Of a DNA stretch of 47,416 nucleotides, positions 1 to 8,969 are shown one piece after another; within the stretch, counting starts at the first letter, position 1; the number at the start of each line of letters is the position of its first letter. The notes beneath the pieces were generated by a model that was not told where the DNA came from, made no database searches, and saw only the letters and a list, made by a program, of their open reading frames with translations. The position numbers and the translations under genes are program-made. This DNA comes from an uncultured bacterium (GTDB lineage Bacteria > Macinerneyibacteriota > Macinerneyibacteria > Macinerneyibacteriales > DSCS01), in assembly GCA_964548195.1 (NCBI GenBank), contig CAZJQC010000013.1, positions 1 through 47,416 on the forward strand, given 5' to 3'.

Positions 1-2942
1 TCTTTTAGAGCCGTATCCAGCTGGGTGTCTTCGCCGTTCATCTCTGATTCCGGCGTGTTTCTTACATATATATCGGGGCGGATGCCGAGGTTTTCCATGT
101 TCCGCCCGTCTTTTGTCATCCATTTCACAAACGGCGTCCTGAACGTGGAGCCGTCCACAAGCTTTCTGTCGACGGTACCTATAACGCCGCCGGCAGTGGT
201 AACGCCCACTACTTTTCCGAGGCCGAGTTCCTTGAAGCCGGCGGGAAATATCTCCGCGTTGCTGAACGAGCGCTGGTTGATCAGCAGTATCACAGGCCCG
301 GTCCAGGCGTATTTGGACGGCCAGTTCTTGATGATGCCCATGTCGCGGTTTTCCGAATACGCATAGGGTTCTCTCTCCAGCATATTAAGCAGCTGTTCCG
401 CTATGCGGCCGCCGCCGTTGTCCCTCACGTCAAGCACAAGCCCTTTTTTCCCCCTTGCGTCACGGCCCAGTTCCTCCATGAACTGATCCAGATCCGCTTG
501 TGACATGCGGCGCAGGTGTATGTAAGCGGCCCTGCCGTTTGTCTTAAGCTCCACGTATTCTTTTCTGAGCTGATCGGCCTCCTTGCGCCAGTCCGCGGCC
601 ATCTCCGCCTGTGTGCCGCAGAGTATGTCCATATTGCCGGCTTTTTTAAACCTGAACGAGGTAAGGAGTCCGCTTCTGTCCGCGAGCGCGCGGTCCGCTT
701 CCGCCGTTTTAGAGACGGGAATGCCGTTTATTTCCAGCAAGGTGTCTCCCGGCCTCACTTTTCCCGCTGCCGGCCCGAAACGAAGCACGCGGGTGACTTT
801 CATCCGTGAATCCGTGACTCCGCCCCATGCCGCCGTCCCTATGGCAGGATTTGCCGGCGATTCGTCGCGGCCCCATATACCGAGATGGGAGGCGTTGAGC
901 GTCCCGAGCATCTCGCGTATCACGGTGTAGAGCGCGTCTTTTCTGTTAATATCCGCGAGATAAGCGCTGTATTTTCTGAACATGCCGTCCCAGTCTGCGC
1001 CGTGCATGGCGGGGTCGTAGAATTTCTCGCGCAGCAGTGTCCATGACTCGGCGAGTATCTCTTTAAAGAGCCTTTGCCTGTGTTCATGCTTGTATACCGG
1101 CGCGGAATAGGCCGTCGCCGCCCCGCCGCCCGCGGGAATCGATTTGAAGGAGTCTTTTGTCAGATAATAGACTTTGTTGTTTATATAATCGACGCGTATG
1201 GTCTGCGGACTGTCCTCATCGCCGAGTCTTCTTTTTTTTGCAGTGAGTACGTCCAGGGAATAAAGCGCTCCGGACTTGTCGGCATCGATGATCAGCGCGA
1301 TCTCCTTGTCTCCGGGCAGCATGGCCGCGGCGGTGATGGAGAGGGAGGTGGTAAAGACCATTTTTTGTTTGTCCTTAAGGCGGGGGTCGTCGTCTCTTTT
1401 CAGATCCGCTCCGTCCGTCTCGCTCAGCGCAAGCCGTACCACCGAGGTGGAGCCGAAACGGTTTGAGAGCCAGAACAGGTTCTCGCCTTTGAGGTCCCAG
1501 ACTGGGGAGTAGTCGTATTCGGGATGGAGCGACACATCCCTGTACACGGAGCCGTCGACGCTCATGACAAATACATTGGAGTCATAGTCCTCATCGGTGA
1601 CGGTAAATGCGAGCATCTCCTCGTCCGGAGACCATACCGGATGTCTCAAAAGCCCCTGTTCGAGAAGGGTGCGGTTCCGTTTTTCTTTTGTGTCGTATAT
1701 CATAAGGCGCGCGTTGTCTTCCACATAGGCCAGGTATCTGCCCGAAGGCGAGTATGACAATCCGCTTTTCAAAGAGGCGCCCGTTGTGACGGCCGTGGTC
1801 TCGCGGCTGTTTATATCCATGATGCGTATATTGAAATTGCCGTCTTCCGTGGTGACGTAAGCGACTTCAGCGCTGGATTTGCTCCAGACGGCGTCATGTT
1901 CCCAGTATTCGGAATCGGTGAGATTGAATTCGGACTGCGCGCCTTCCGGGGTATTTTCCTCAAGGTCTTTGAGTATGAGGTCGCCTGCGTCGACGAACAG
2001 CAGTTTTTTGCCGTCTGGCGAGACCTCGCCCTCCTCAAATTCCCTTATGCCGATCTTATAACTTTTCTGCGGATCCGTCTGAAAGTCGCTTGCGAGCGCA
2101 GGCGTTATCTCGGTCACAGTGCCGGAGGATGTCTTGTAGGTGAAAAGGCGGAAATCGGCTATGAAAGCCAGCGTCTCCCCGTCGGCAGAGGCTGTAAGCT
2201 GATCCATGTCCATGCCGTCAAAGACAAGCAGTTTTGTCCGGACGCCGCTTTTTATGTTCAGGGAATACAATCCCGTCCTGCCGGAGGCATTGGAGAGGAA
2301 GCATACGGTGTTCTCGTCTTTCCAGACCGGGTATGTCTCCATATCGTCATTGACGGACAGTTCCGTGAGCGCGCCGTTTTGTTCGGCCAGTATCAGGGAG
2401 GAGGAGGCGCTTCCCTTATATGATTTTCTCCAGAAAGCGGTGTCGTCCGTGAAGAATATGATCCTCCCCGCTTTGTCCACCTTGCCCCTGAACACGGGAT
2501 AATCGGCCACCTGCTCCATAGAGCCGTCTTCGGGAGAGAGGCGGTAAAAACGTTTTCCCGCAGGGTCTCTGTATGAGCCGGCGTATATATAACCGTCCGC
2601 GCCCCAGTCGAACGCGGAATCGAAGTTTGAGTGAAAAGTGAGCCTTACGGGTTTTCCGCCCTGCGAGGGCATTGTGTATATCTCGTAATTTCCCGACCTG
2701 TTCGAAGTGAACGCCATGGCGCTTCCGTCCGGCGACCAGACGGGCCTGTAGTCATAATCGACATTGCGCGTCAGCGCCCTGGTACTGCCGTTGTCCAGGG
2801 AGACGGCCCATATGTCCCCGTCATACATGAACGCTATTTCAGCGCCGTCCGGCGACAGGGCCGGGTAGGTGATGACCGGCCCGGCAGATGCGGCCGCCGT
2901 GATCAGCAACAGTTGTATAAAGGCAAAGAACAGTCTTTTCAT
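1..2942 (-). CDS. Tricorn-like S41 protease, exported (beta-propeller repeats + PDZ + S41 catalytic domain); 3' end runs off the window
   Basis: Absent from the ORF track because no stop lies in the window. Manual translation from ATG 2942 (GGAGG RBS; ATGA overlap with the aldolase stop) gives a signal peptide MKRLFFAFIQLLLITAAASA, then PALSPDG..IAFMYDGDIW and PVWSPDG..MAFTSNRSGNYEIY (PD40/TolB-like repeats). The same frame near 180-300 gives GPVILLINQRSFSNAEIFPAGFKELGLGKVVGVTTAGGVIG (tricorn catalytic Ser motif). Frame checked at both ends only. Confidence 0.9.
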   Translation of the reverse strand, partial: MKRLFFAFIQLLLITAAASAGPVITYPALSPDGAEIAFMYDGDIWAVSLDNGSTRALTRNVDYDYRPVWSPDGSAMAFTSNRSGNYEIYTMPSQGGKPVRLTFHSNFDSAFDWGADGYIYAGSYRDPAGKRFYRLSPEDGSMEQVADYPVFRGKVDKAGRIIFFTDDTAFWRKSYKGSASSSLILAEQNGALTELSVNDDMETYPVWKDENTVCFLSNASGRTGLYSLNIKSGVRTKLLVFDGMDMDQLTASADGETLAFIADFRLFTYKTSSGTVTEITPALASDFQTDPQKSYKIGIREFEEGEVSPDGKKLLFVDAGDLILKDLEENTPEGAQSEFNLTDSEYWEHDAVWSKSSAEVAYVTTEDGNFNIRIMDINSRETTAVTTGASLKSGLSYSPSGRYLAYVEDNARLMIYDTKEKRNRTLLEQGLLRHPVWSPDEEMLAFTVTDEDYDSNVFVMSVDGSVYRDVSLHPEYDYSPVWDLKGENLFWLSNRFGSTSVVRLALSETDGADLKRDDDPRLKDKQKMVFTTSLSITAAAMLPGDKEIALIIDADKSGALYSLDVLTAKKRRLGDEDSPQTIRVDYINNKVYYLTKDSFKSIPAGGGAATAYSAPVYKHEHRQRLFKEILAESWTLLREKFYDPAMHGADWDGMFRKYSAYLADINRKDALYTVIREMLGTLNASHLGIWGRDESPANPAIGTAAWGGVTDSRMKVTRVLRFGPAAGKVRPGDTLLEINGIPVSKTAEADRALADRSGLLTSFRFKKAGNMDILCGTQAEMAADWRKEADQLRKEYVELKTNGRAAYIHLRRMSQADLDQFMEELGRDARGKKGLVLDVRDNGGGRIAEQLLNMLEREPYAYSENRDMGIIKNWPSKYAWTGPVILLINQRSFSNAEIFPAGFKELGLGKVVGVTTAGGVIGTVDRKLVDGSTFRTPFVKWMTKDGRNMENLGIRPDIYVRNTPESEMNGEDTQLDTALK

Positions 2943-3583
2943 AATCCTCCCTTAGCGTATGAGATGTATTTTTTTCTTAACGACTCGCAGTTCCCGGGCG
3001 AGATGGCCGATATCTCTCTGCCGGAGGCCAGCGCGTGTAAATAGACGGCCGCGCTTTTTTCGGCGATCAGGCAGTTTACAAAGGCCTCTCTGAGATTGCG
3101 GCCGCCTCCGACATATCCGTGGTTTGCCAGTATTACTCCGTTTATGTCCGAAAAATATTCCGCCGCCGAATCGGCCAGTCCGGCCGTGCCGCAGAGATGG
3201 TAATCCGCAACGGGTATTCCGCCGCCGATGATCATGACCTGGTCTTCCGTAAGCGGAGGCACGGCCGAGGCGGTGACTGAACATGCCGTCAGATACTCGG
3301 AATGGGTGTGTATCAGGGCGTTTGTCCGCCCTTTCAGGTATATTGCCGCATGCATGGGAAGTTCCGAAGAGGGCGGCGCCCCCGAGATCCTTTCAAGCGT
3401 GACGGCGTCCACCGCCGCGATGTCGCGGGGCCGCAGTTTGTCATAATCCGCGCCTGACGGCGTGATGAAGATCACGTCTTTTACGAGCACGCTTATATTG
3501 CCCCAGGTGCCTTTCACCAGGCCGGAGAGCAGCAGTTTTCTTCCGTATCGCACTATTTCCCCGCGTATTGAACGGCCTTTCAA
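2939..3583 (-). CDS. Class II aldolase/adducin-family metalloenzyme (FucA/MtnB-like)
   Basis: Motifs GTWGNIS, ITPSG, PSSELPMHAAIY, IHTHS and NHG (metal-binding His residues). Substrate cannot be determined from sequence. Confidence 0.88.
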   Translation of the reverse strand: MKGRSIRGEIVRYGRKLLLSGLVKGTWGNISVLVKDVIFITPSGADYDKLRPRDIAAVDAVTLERISGAPPSSELPMHAAIYLKGRTNALIHTHSEYLTACSVTASAVPPLTEDQVMIIGGGIPVADYHLCGTAGLADSAAEYFSDINGVILANHGYVGGGRNLREAFVNCLIAEKSAAVYLHALASGREISAISPGNCESLRKKYISYAKGGL

Positions 3584-4245
3584 AAGAGATCACCTTTGAA
3601 CCGGCCGGTCACGGAATATGTGTCATTGTCTTTGTCATAGCGGGCGAGCTGCGGCGTCAGCGGCTGTTCCTTCCACGAGTATATCCTGCTCAAGGAAAGG
3701 TTAAGCGGCTTATTTTCGCTTTCGCCGTAGAGCAGGTCCACCGTTGTCACGGGCACGTAATTGTCCTCAGTACGCAGGACGGAACGCCCGATCACAAGGG
3801 TGACCGCCCGGCCTCCCAGGCTGATATCCTTTTTCAGCAGCGTCCCTGCCCCGGTGTCCTCTATCATAAATGCGTCCACAAAATAATCTCCCGGCGCGCC
3901 TGGTTCGCGCACGCGTATCTGCATCTCAAGCAGTTCGCTTAAAAAGCTGAACTCTGTGAATGTCTGTATGGAATGTATGTATATGTATATGCGCCCGGTC
4001 TTTTGTTTTTTGCCGGTGCTGAATGTGGTGACCTGCTGAAAGGTGGCGCCGTTTTCCCCGGGATTGAAGTCCGGAAATGAAAACTCCGCGCTTATGAGCC
4101 TTTCGCCGGGGAAAAGCAGCCGGTCTTCCCTTTTTGTCCTTATGTCGAAACGCGTCTCCGCCTTCGGCATGGAGGAGATCACCGCGGCCGAAAGGATGAC
4201 GGTCAGGCCGGTTAACGTTATTATTATATTTCTGATCCTATTCAT
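3580..4245 (-). CDS. Hypothetical exported or membrane-anchored protein
   Basis: 221 aa ORF overlapping both neighbours by 4-8 nt. Basic-then-hydrophobic N-terminus (MNRIRNIIITLTGLTVILSAAVIS). No family recognised. Confidence 0.75.
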   Translation of the reverse strand: MNRIRNIIITLTGLTVILSAAVISSMPKAETRFDIRTKREDRLLFPGERLISAEFSFPDFNPGENGATFQQVTTFSTGKKQKTGRIYIYIHSIQTFTEFSFLSELLEMQIRVREPGAPGDYFVDAFMIEDTGAGTLLKKDISLGGRAVTLVIGRSVLRTEDNYVPVTTVDLLYGESENKPLNLSLSRIYSWKEQPLTPQLARYDKDNDTYSVTGRFKGDLF

Positions 4246-4843
4246 CTTTTATACGGACTTTTCCGCCGGATACGCTCAGCCTGCCGTCAAAGAAGAGGCG
4301 TATCGCCCGGGGGTAAGCCTCGCACTCCAAAGCGAATACTCTTGACGCCACGTCAGCCGGCGTGTCTTCAGCCGTTACCGGGCAGGAGCTTTGCAGTATT
4401 ATGGGGCCGTTGTCGTATTTGTTGTCGACGAAATGGACGGTGCATCCTGTGATCTTCACGCCCTTTTCGCATACGGCCTCATGCACTTTCATGCCGTAAA
4501 AGCCCTTGCCGCAAAATGAGGGTATAAGGGCGGGGTGTATGTTCATCACCCTCCCTTCGTATTCCGGCGGGAAGTCGTAGAGATGCATGAACCCGGCCAG
4601 CACTATCAGGTCTGCCGGGTGTTTCGAGAGTATTGTGTTTATGGATACTGAAAATGATGCCGTGTCTGCGTAAGCGCGCCGGGGGACCACATAAGCCGGT
4701 ATGCCGTGATCCTTCGCGATGACGACGCCGTAGGCGTCCTCCCTGGAAGCGATCACTACTGATACGGTCGTTTCGGGCAGAGAGCGTATGATATTTTCAA
4801 GAGTCCTGCCGCTGCCTGACAACAATATTGCGATACTGTTCAT
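4238..4843 (-). CDS. purN: Phosphoribosylglycinamide formyltransferase
   Basis: IAILLSGSGRTL, DLIVLAGFM, NIHPALIPSFCGKG, TGCTVHFVD..YDNGPII.Q. Confidence 0.95.
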   Translation of the reverse strand: MNSIAILLSGSGRTLENIIRSLPETTVSVVIASREDAYGVVIAKDHGIPAYVVPRRAYADTASFSVSINTILSKHPADLIVLAGFMHLYDFPPEYEGRVMNIHPALIPSFCGKGFYGMKVHEAVCEKGVKITGCTVHFVDNKYDNGPIILQSSCPVTAEDTPADVASRVFALECEAYPRAIRLFFDGRLSVSGGKVRIKDE

Positions 4844-4861
4844 TCATACCCCTTTTTAGAG

Positions 4862-4889
4862 AGTATACCAAGGTAGTAGCGTATTTCAA
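4862..4889 (-). promoter_or_regulatory. Candidate sigma70 promoter for the purN cluster
   Basis: Minus strand TTGAAA-16nt-TATACT with TGn extended -10. Confidence 0.55.
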
Positions 4890-4905
4890 CTGTTTTTGAA
4901 ATGGC

Positions 4906-4926
4906 CGGCCCGGACCTGCCGGGCCG
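4906..4926 (-). terminator. GC-rich hairpin downstream of HU
   Basis: CGGCCCGG-ACCTG-CCGGGCCG, 8-bp stem; U-tract is weak. Confidence 0.45.
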
Positions 4927-4941
4927 TGGTATTGACCCGGG

Positions 4942-5214
4942 TCAGTTAAGTTTTTCTTTTAAAGTCTTACCGGCTTTAAAAGCGGGCGCTTTGCGGGCAG
5001 GTATCTGTATGGTGGCACCTGTCTGCGGATTGCGCGCCGTTCTGGCTGACCTTTCGGAGACTTTGAAGGTCCCGAAATTAAGAAAAGTGATCTTGTCTCC
5101 GCCTTTGAGGATGTCGGCGATCTCGTCGAAAACGCTGTTCAGCACTTCCCCCGTCTGCTTTTTTGACATACCGTGTTTCTCAGCCAATTTTGCGACAAAT
5201 TCATCTTTTTTCAT
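4942..5214 (-). CDS. hup: DNA-binding protein HU
   Basis: 90 aa; MKKDEFV..LAEK, FGTFKV.ERSARTARNPQTG..IQIPARKAPAFKAGK.LKE. Confidence 0.97.
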   Translation of the reverse strand: MKKDEFVAKLAEKHGMSKKQTGEVLNSVFDEIADILKGGDKITFLNFGTFKVSERSARTARNPQTGATIQIPARKAPAFKAGKTLKEKLN

Positions 5215-5250
5215 TAAGGCTCCTTTCGTAAATAACGACTAATAACCATT

Positions 5251-5339
5251 ATCATAGCAAAGAATAGGGGGAATTCAAGGTCAAAGAAAAACAAGATGAA
5301 AAAAAGATGATTGAATACGGGGGTTTGTAGGGGTATAGT
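5251..5339. promoter_or_regulatory. Divergent sigma70-type promoters (hup on minus; gpgS operon on plus)
   Basis: Minus: TTGAAT(5278-5273)-16nt-TATGAT(5256-5251) with TGn. Plus: TTGAAT(5311-5316)-17nt-TATAGT(5334-5339). Confidence 0.55.
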
Positions 5340-5372
5340 AAAATAGGCGGGTTTGCCCGCCGGAGGGAGTAT

Positions 5373-6536
5373 ATGGAAAATAATCTGAGAGCGTTGCTGG
5401 GCCGGGTGCCCGGGATGAGGGATTCGATACTGAGCGATGCCGTTATTTATAATCAGCTTTCTTTTGGCAAGAGGACGGTGCCCGCCGAGGTCGAATTTAT
5501 CACAAGCAAGCTTGACCAGAGGGATGTCGGCAGCTACAGGGTGACCGAACAGAACAACATAATCGTAAGCGGCTCACTCTCCGACACGATAGACGACAAA
5601 TCGCTTCTTGTATTTGTACAGATGGGCAACGGAAGGTTCAGCACCGCCGACCGGTTTATCGAGACAGACGGGGAAAGGGCATACGGCTCCGGCGTGGCTG
5701 AAAGCGCGCTGGCGGTATCGGCGCTCCTTAATGTCGCCGACATGCTTGCGGGATCGGGCCTGATGACGGAACACAGGCTGGCGTTTCTGTTTGCGGCTCC
5801 TCCGGACAGTTCGGAACGCTTCACGGCGCTTGAGCATTTTATAAACAATAACGGGGACCGCATACATTTCGCTCTGGAGCTCAACGGCATCGGGCTGGGA
5901 AGCATAGGATACAGGTCTGTAGGCGAATATACCTTTGACATAATCTCGCGCACCACGCTAATGGATATAACCGACAATCCCGCCCAGATAGACGTGGTGT
6001 CGGCCATGGATGTGCTGACCGAACTGGCCTCGCGCCTTAAAAGCATCGGATGGCCTTCACGGTCGGGCGTCTTCATCAACATCGCGAACATACGGAGCAA
6101 CGCGAAGCTCCGCAAAATACCCAATGAGGCCATCATGCGGCTGGAACTGATCAGTTCCGACAATGAACATATGGAGTTTGCCAAAGAGCTGCTCATGCAT
6201 ACCGTGTCAAAGCTGTCGAGGGAACTGAGGACGCATATAGGGGTGAGGGAAATAGCACATGTGCCTTCGAACATAATGATGGAAAACAACCCCATGCTCA
6301 GCCAGATACTCTCCATACATAAGGCGCTGCATCTCAAGTCCAAACTGACGCTTATAAACGATGAAGCCGCCTATTTGCTTTCCAGGGATATTCCCGCACT
6401 CTCTCTGGGCATCACCACGGGAGAGGTGTCCGTTGACAAGGAATACATAGACATCGCCCCCGTGAACACCGGGGTCAGGCAGCTGTTCTACGTGCTTGAC
6501 CGGCTTCTGGGTCACGGATGCGGGCGGGAGGTGTGA
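5373..6536 (+). CDS. M20/M25/M40 peptidase-fold protein with apparently degenerate metal site
   Basis: GGAGGGAG RBS. Layout matches M20 peptidases (NNIIV, RAYGSGV.., dimerisation domain with INIANI..KIPNEA.MRLEL.S, C-terminal IPALSLGIT.G....EYID), but the expected HxD, D, EE and C-terminal His ligand positions read VQMG, AES, PDSS and EVSV. Confidence 0.65.
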   Translation: MENNLRALLGRVPGMRDSILSDAVIYNQLSFGKRTVPAEVEFITSKLDQRDVGSYRVTEQNNIIVSGSLSDTIDDKSLLVFVQMGNGRFSTADRFIETDGERAYGSGVAESALAVSALLNVADMLAGSGLMTEHRLAFLFAAPPDSSERFTALEHFINNNGDRIHFALELNGIGLGSIGYRSVGEYTFDIISRTTLMDITDNPAQIDVVSAMDVLTELASRLKSIGWPSRSGVFINIANIRSNAKLRKIPNEAIMRLELISSDNEHMEFAKELLMHTVSKLSRELRTHIGVREIAHVPSNIMMENNPMLSQILSIHKALHLKSKLTLINDEAAYLLSRDIPALSLGITTGEVSVDKEYIDIAPVNTGVRQLFYVLDRLLGHGCGREV

Positions 6537-6540
6537 TTAT

Positions 6541-7500
6541 ATGGACGGGCTGAAGAACACTTTTCACCATTCTGACTTTTCCGACCTGAGGCGTTCGGTG
6601 GATGAAAAGGAGCGGCAGGGGCTGACCATATCGCTTGCCCTGCCCACTCTTAACGAAGAGAGGACCATAGGCAAGGAGATACTGGTAATAAAAAGCGAAC
6701 TGATGGACAGGTTTCCCCTGCTGGATGAAATAGCCGTGATAGATTCGGGCTCGACGGACAGGACTATGGAGATAGCCGCCCGTTTCGGAGCGCATGTTAT
6801 GGAGTCATCCAAGATACTTCCGGAATACGGTTCCTACAAAGGCAAGGGTGAAAACCTGTGGAAGAGCCTCTTCATGCTTCGCGGCGACATCATAGTCTGG
6901 ATAGACGCCGACATATACAACATACATCCGAAGTTTGTTTACGGGCTGTTGGGCGCGCTGCTGTTCAATCCCGGGATGAAGTATGTCAAGGCTTTTTATG
7001 AAAGGCCGATATCCGGGCAGGAGGGCATGCGCACTTCGGGCGGCGGCAGGGTGACTGAGATACTGACGCGTCCCGTGTTTTCGACTTTTTTCCCGGAACT
7101 GGCTTTTCTTGTGCAGCCGCTGAGCGGCGAGTACGCCGGCAGGAGGGAATTGCTGGAAAAACTGCCCTTTTCCGTCGGCTACGGAGTCGAGATAGGGCAT
7201 CTGCTCGACATAGCGAGGATGCATGGCGTGGATGTGATCGGACAGGTCGACCTGGATACCCGGATACACAGAAACCAGTCCATACGCGCTCTCAGCAGGA
7301 TGTCTTTCGCATTGCTTAACACCGTCATCAGGCGTCTTGAATCCTACGGAAAGCTGGAGCTGAAAGACCGGATCTTTTCCGAGCATATCGCGATAAACCT
7401 GAAAGACGGGGAGCATGTCCTGGAAAGGACGGCAATGGAGTCTGTCGAAAGGCCGCCTATGATCGATGTAAGCGAATACCGGGAGAAGTTCGGGCGATGA
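6541..7500 (+). CDS. gpgS: Glucosyl-3-phosphoglycerate synthase (GT81)
   Basis: ISLALPTLNEE.TIG, DSGSTD.T, GKGENLWKSL, DAD, GGGRVTE, QPLSGEYAGRR, GYGVEIG, R.HRNQ. Start set at ATG 6541 behind GGAGGTG. Confidence 0.9.
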   Translation: MDGLKNTFHHSDFSDLRRSVDEKERQGLTISLALPTLNEERTIGKEILVIKSELMDRFPLLDEIAVIDSGSTDRTMEIAARFGAHVMESSKILPEYGSYKGKGENLWKSLFMLRGDIIVWIDADIYNIHPKFVYGLLGALLFNPGMKYVKAFYERPISGQEGMRTSGGGRVTEILTRPVFSTFFPELAFLVQPLSGEYAGRRELLEKLPFSVGYGVEIGHLLDIARMHGVDVIGQVDLDTRIHRNQSIRALSRMSFALLNTVIRRLESYGKLELKDRIFSEHIAINLKDGEHVLERTAMESVERPPMIDVSEYREKFGR

Positions 7501-8969
7501 ATATAAAGAAGGTGATTTTTTTCCATTATCATTTTTTGAGAGGCGGTGTTTCCGCGGTCACTTCGCGCCTTGCAAAAGAGCTGCCGGAGGGGGTCTCCGC
7601 GGCGGCGGCCTGCGACCCCGCCATGGGTTTTTCCGGGCTTGAAGGCGGATTCGGCGAGACTGTTTCCGTGGAGGGCGCGGGATACGCTGACCCGGACGGC
7701 TTTGACGAAGAGGACTTTTCCGCGCTGCGTGATGCCATTTCAAAGAGATTAGCCGGACTTTGCGCCGACGACACACTTTTCTGGATACACAATCACTCGA
7801 TCGGTAAGAACCCCGCTTTTACAGCGGCGGTCATAGAGCATGCCCGTAAAGGGTTGAATCCCGTGGTCCTTCAGATACATGACTTTGCCGAATGCGGAAG
7901 ATGGAAAAACCGCGCTTTTTTAAAAAGGTTTGTGCCCCGGCTTTATCCCGTGGGGAAGAACATCAAATATGTCACCCTGAACAGCAGGGACCTGGACATA
8001 CTCATCAGGGCCGGTGTTCCCGCCGCCTCATGCGCGAGGCTGCCGAACATGCATTCGTCTTCGGTTTCCGCATCCGCCGGCGGGCGGGAGGCTCTGAAAC
8101 GGGTGGCGGGTGTATGCAGACGGTCGGGCTATGTCTTCGATGAGGAGGCCCCGCTGCTGGCATGCCCGGTCAGGACGATACGCAGGAAGAACATACTGGA
8201 GTCGTTTTTATGCGCTTCCGCCCTGGATGCGAATGTGGTTGTGACATTGCCGGCGAACTCGAAGCCCGAGCGTCCGTATGAGAGGCTTGTGGCCGAGGCC
8301 GCCCGCTCCGGCTCTTTTCGCGGGGGCTGGGCGCCGGGAGAGGGAAGCCATGATTTTTTGGAGGACGTGATGAACGCCTCCGCCCTGGCGTTTTCCTCGT
8401 CACTGATGGAAGGGTTCGGCATGCTTTTTGCCGAAGCCGCCGCCAGGGGAAAAAACGTGTTCTCGCGCCGCATACCGGTTTTGGATGATTTTCCCGGAAT
8501 GGGCGGGGAAAACATATATGATTCGCTGAAGGTGCCGCTGAGGCCGGATGAGTCGCGCAGGCTGAAAAAGGCATATGGCGACATGCCGGCTCCGCCGGGC
8601 GTAGCCCCGGAAAAGATGGCTGTTATCAGGGACGCTTTGTCGGCGATGTTCTGCCGCGGCACGGGCGAGTTCTCATTTCTGGACCCTCCCGCGCAGAGGG
8701 ATATCTGTGCCGACAAAGATGCGGTAAGGGAGGCAAAAGCCATGAACGGCGATGTGTTTGACAGATTGGAAAAGGCTTTGGGCAACAGGCCTGCCCGTAC
8801 GGATGCGTTTTCGCCCGGCCGTATAGGCGTGCTGTTCAGAAAATTACTGGAATCATGGCCGCATGACGGGGAAGAGGGCTTCGCCGATGACAATGTGGTG
8901 CTGGATTCTTTCCTGAAGCCCGAGTATTTCAGGATAATGCTTGTATGGCCGGAGGTGGGCAATGGGTAA
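7497..8969 (+). CDS. GT4/GT-B glycosyltransferase
   Basis: N-terminal HYHFLRGGV, HNHSIGKNP, LQIHDFAE, R.IRRKNI.E, and the E-x7-E motif EGFGMLFAE. ATGA overlap with gpgS. Confidence 0.8.
   Translation: MNIKKVIFFHYHFLRGGVSAVTSRLAKELPEGVSAAAACDPAMGFSGLEGGFGETVSVEGAGYADPDGFDEEDFSALRDAISKRLAGLCADDTLFWIHNHSIGKNPAFTAAVIEHARKGLNPVVLQIHDFAECGRWKNRAFLKRFVPRLYPVGKNIKYVTLNSRDLDILIRAGVPAASCARLPNMHSSSVSASAGGREALKRVAGVCRRSGYVFDEEAPLLACPVRTIRRKNILESFLCASALDANVVVTLPANSKPERPYERLVAEAARSGSFRGGWAPGEGSHDFLEDVMNASALAFSSSLMEGFGMLFAEAAARGKNVFSRRIPVLDDFPGMGGENIYDSLKVPLRPDESRRLKKAYGDMPAPPGVAPEKMAVIRDALSAMFCRGTGEFSFLDPPAQRDICADKDAVREAKAMNGDVFDRLEKALGNRPARTDAFSPGRIGVLFRKLLESWPHDGEEGFADDNVVLDSFLKPEYFRIMLVWPEVGNG

Noticed and set aside
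25..3044. Numerous short plus-strand ORFs suggesting a fragmented or novel region
   Set aside because: All are shadows of the single minus-strand tricorn gene, which the ORF track missed because its stop is outside the window.
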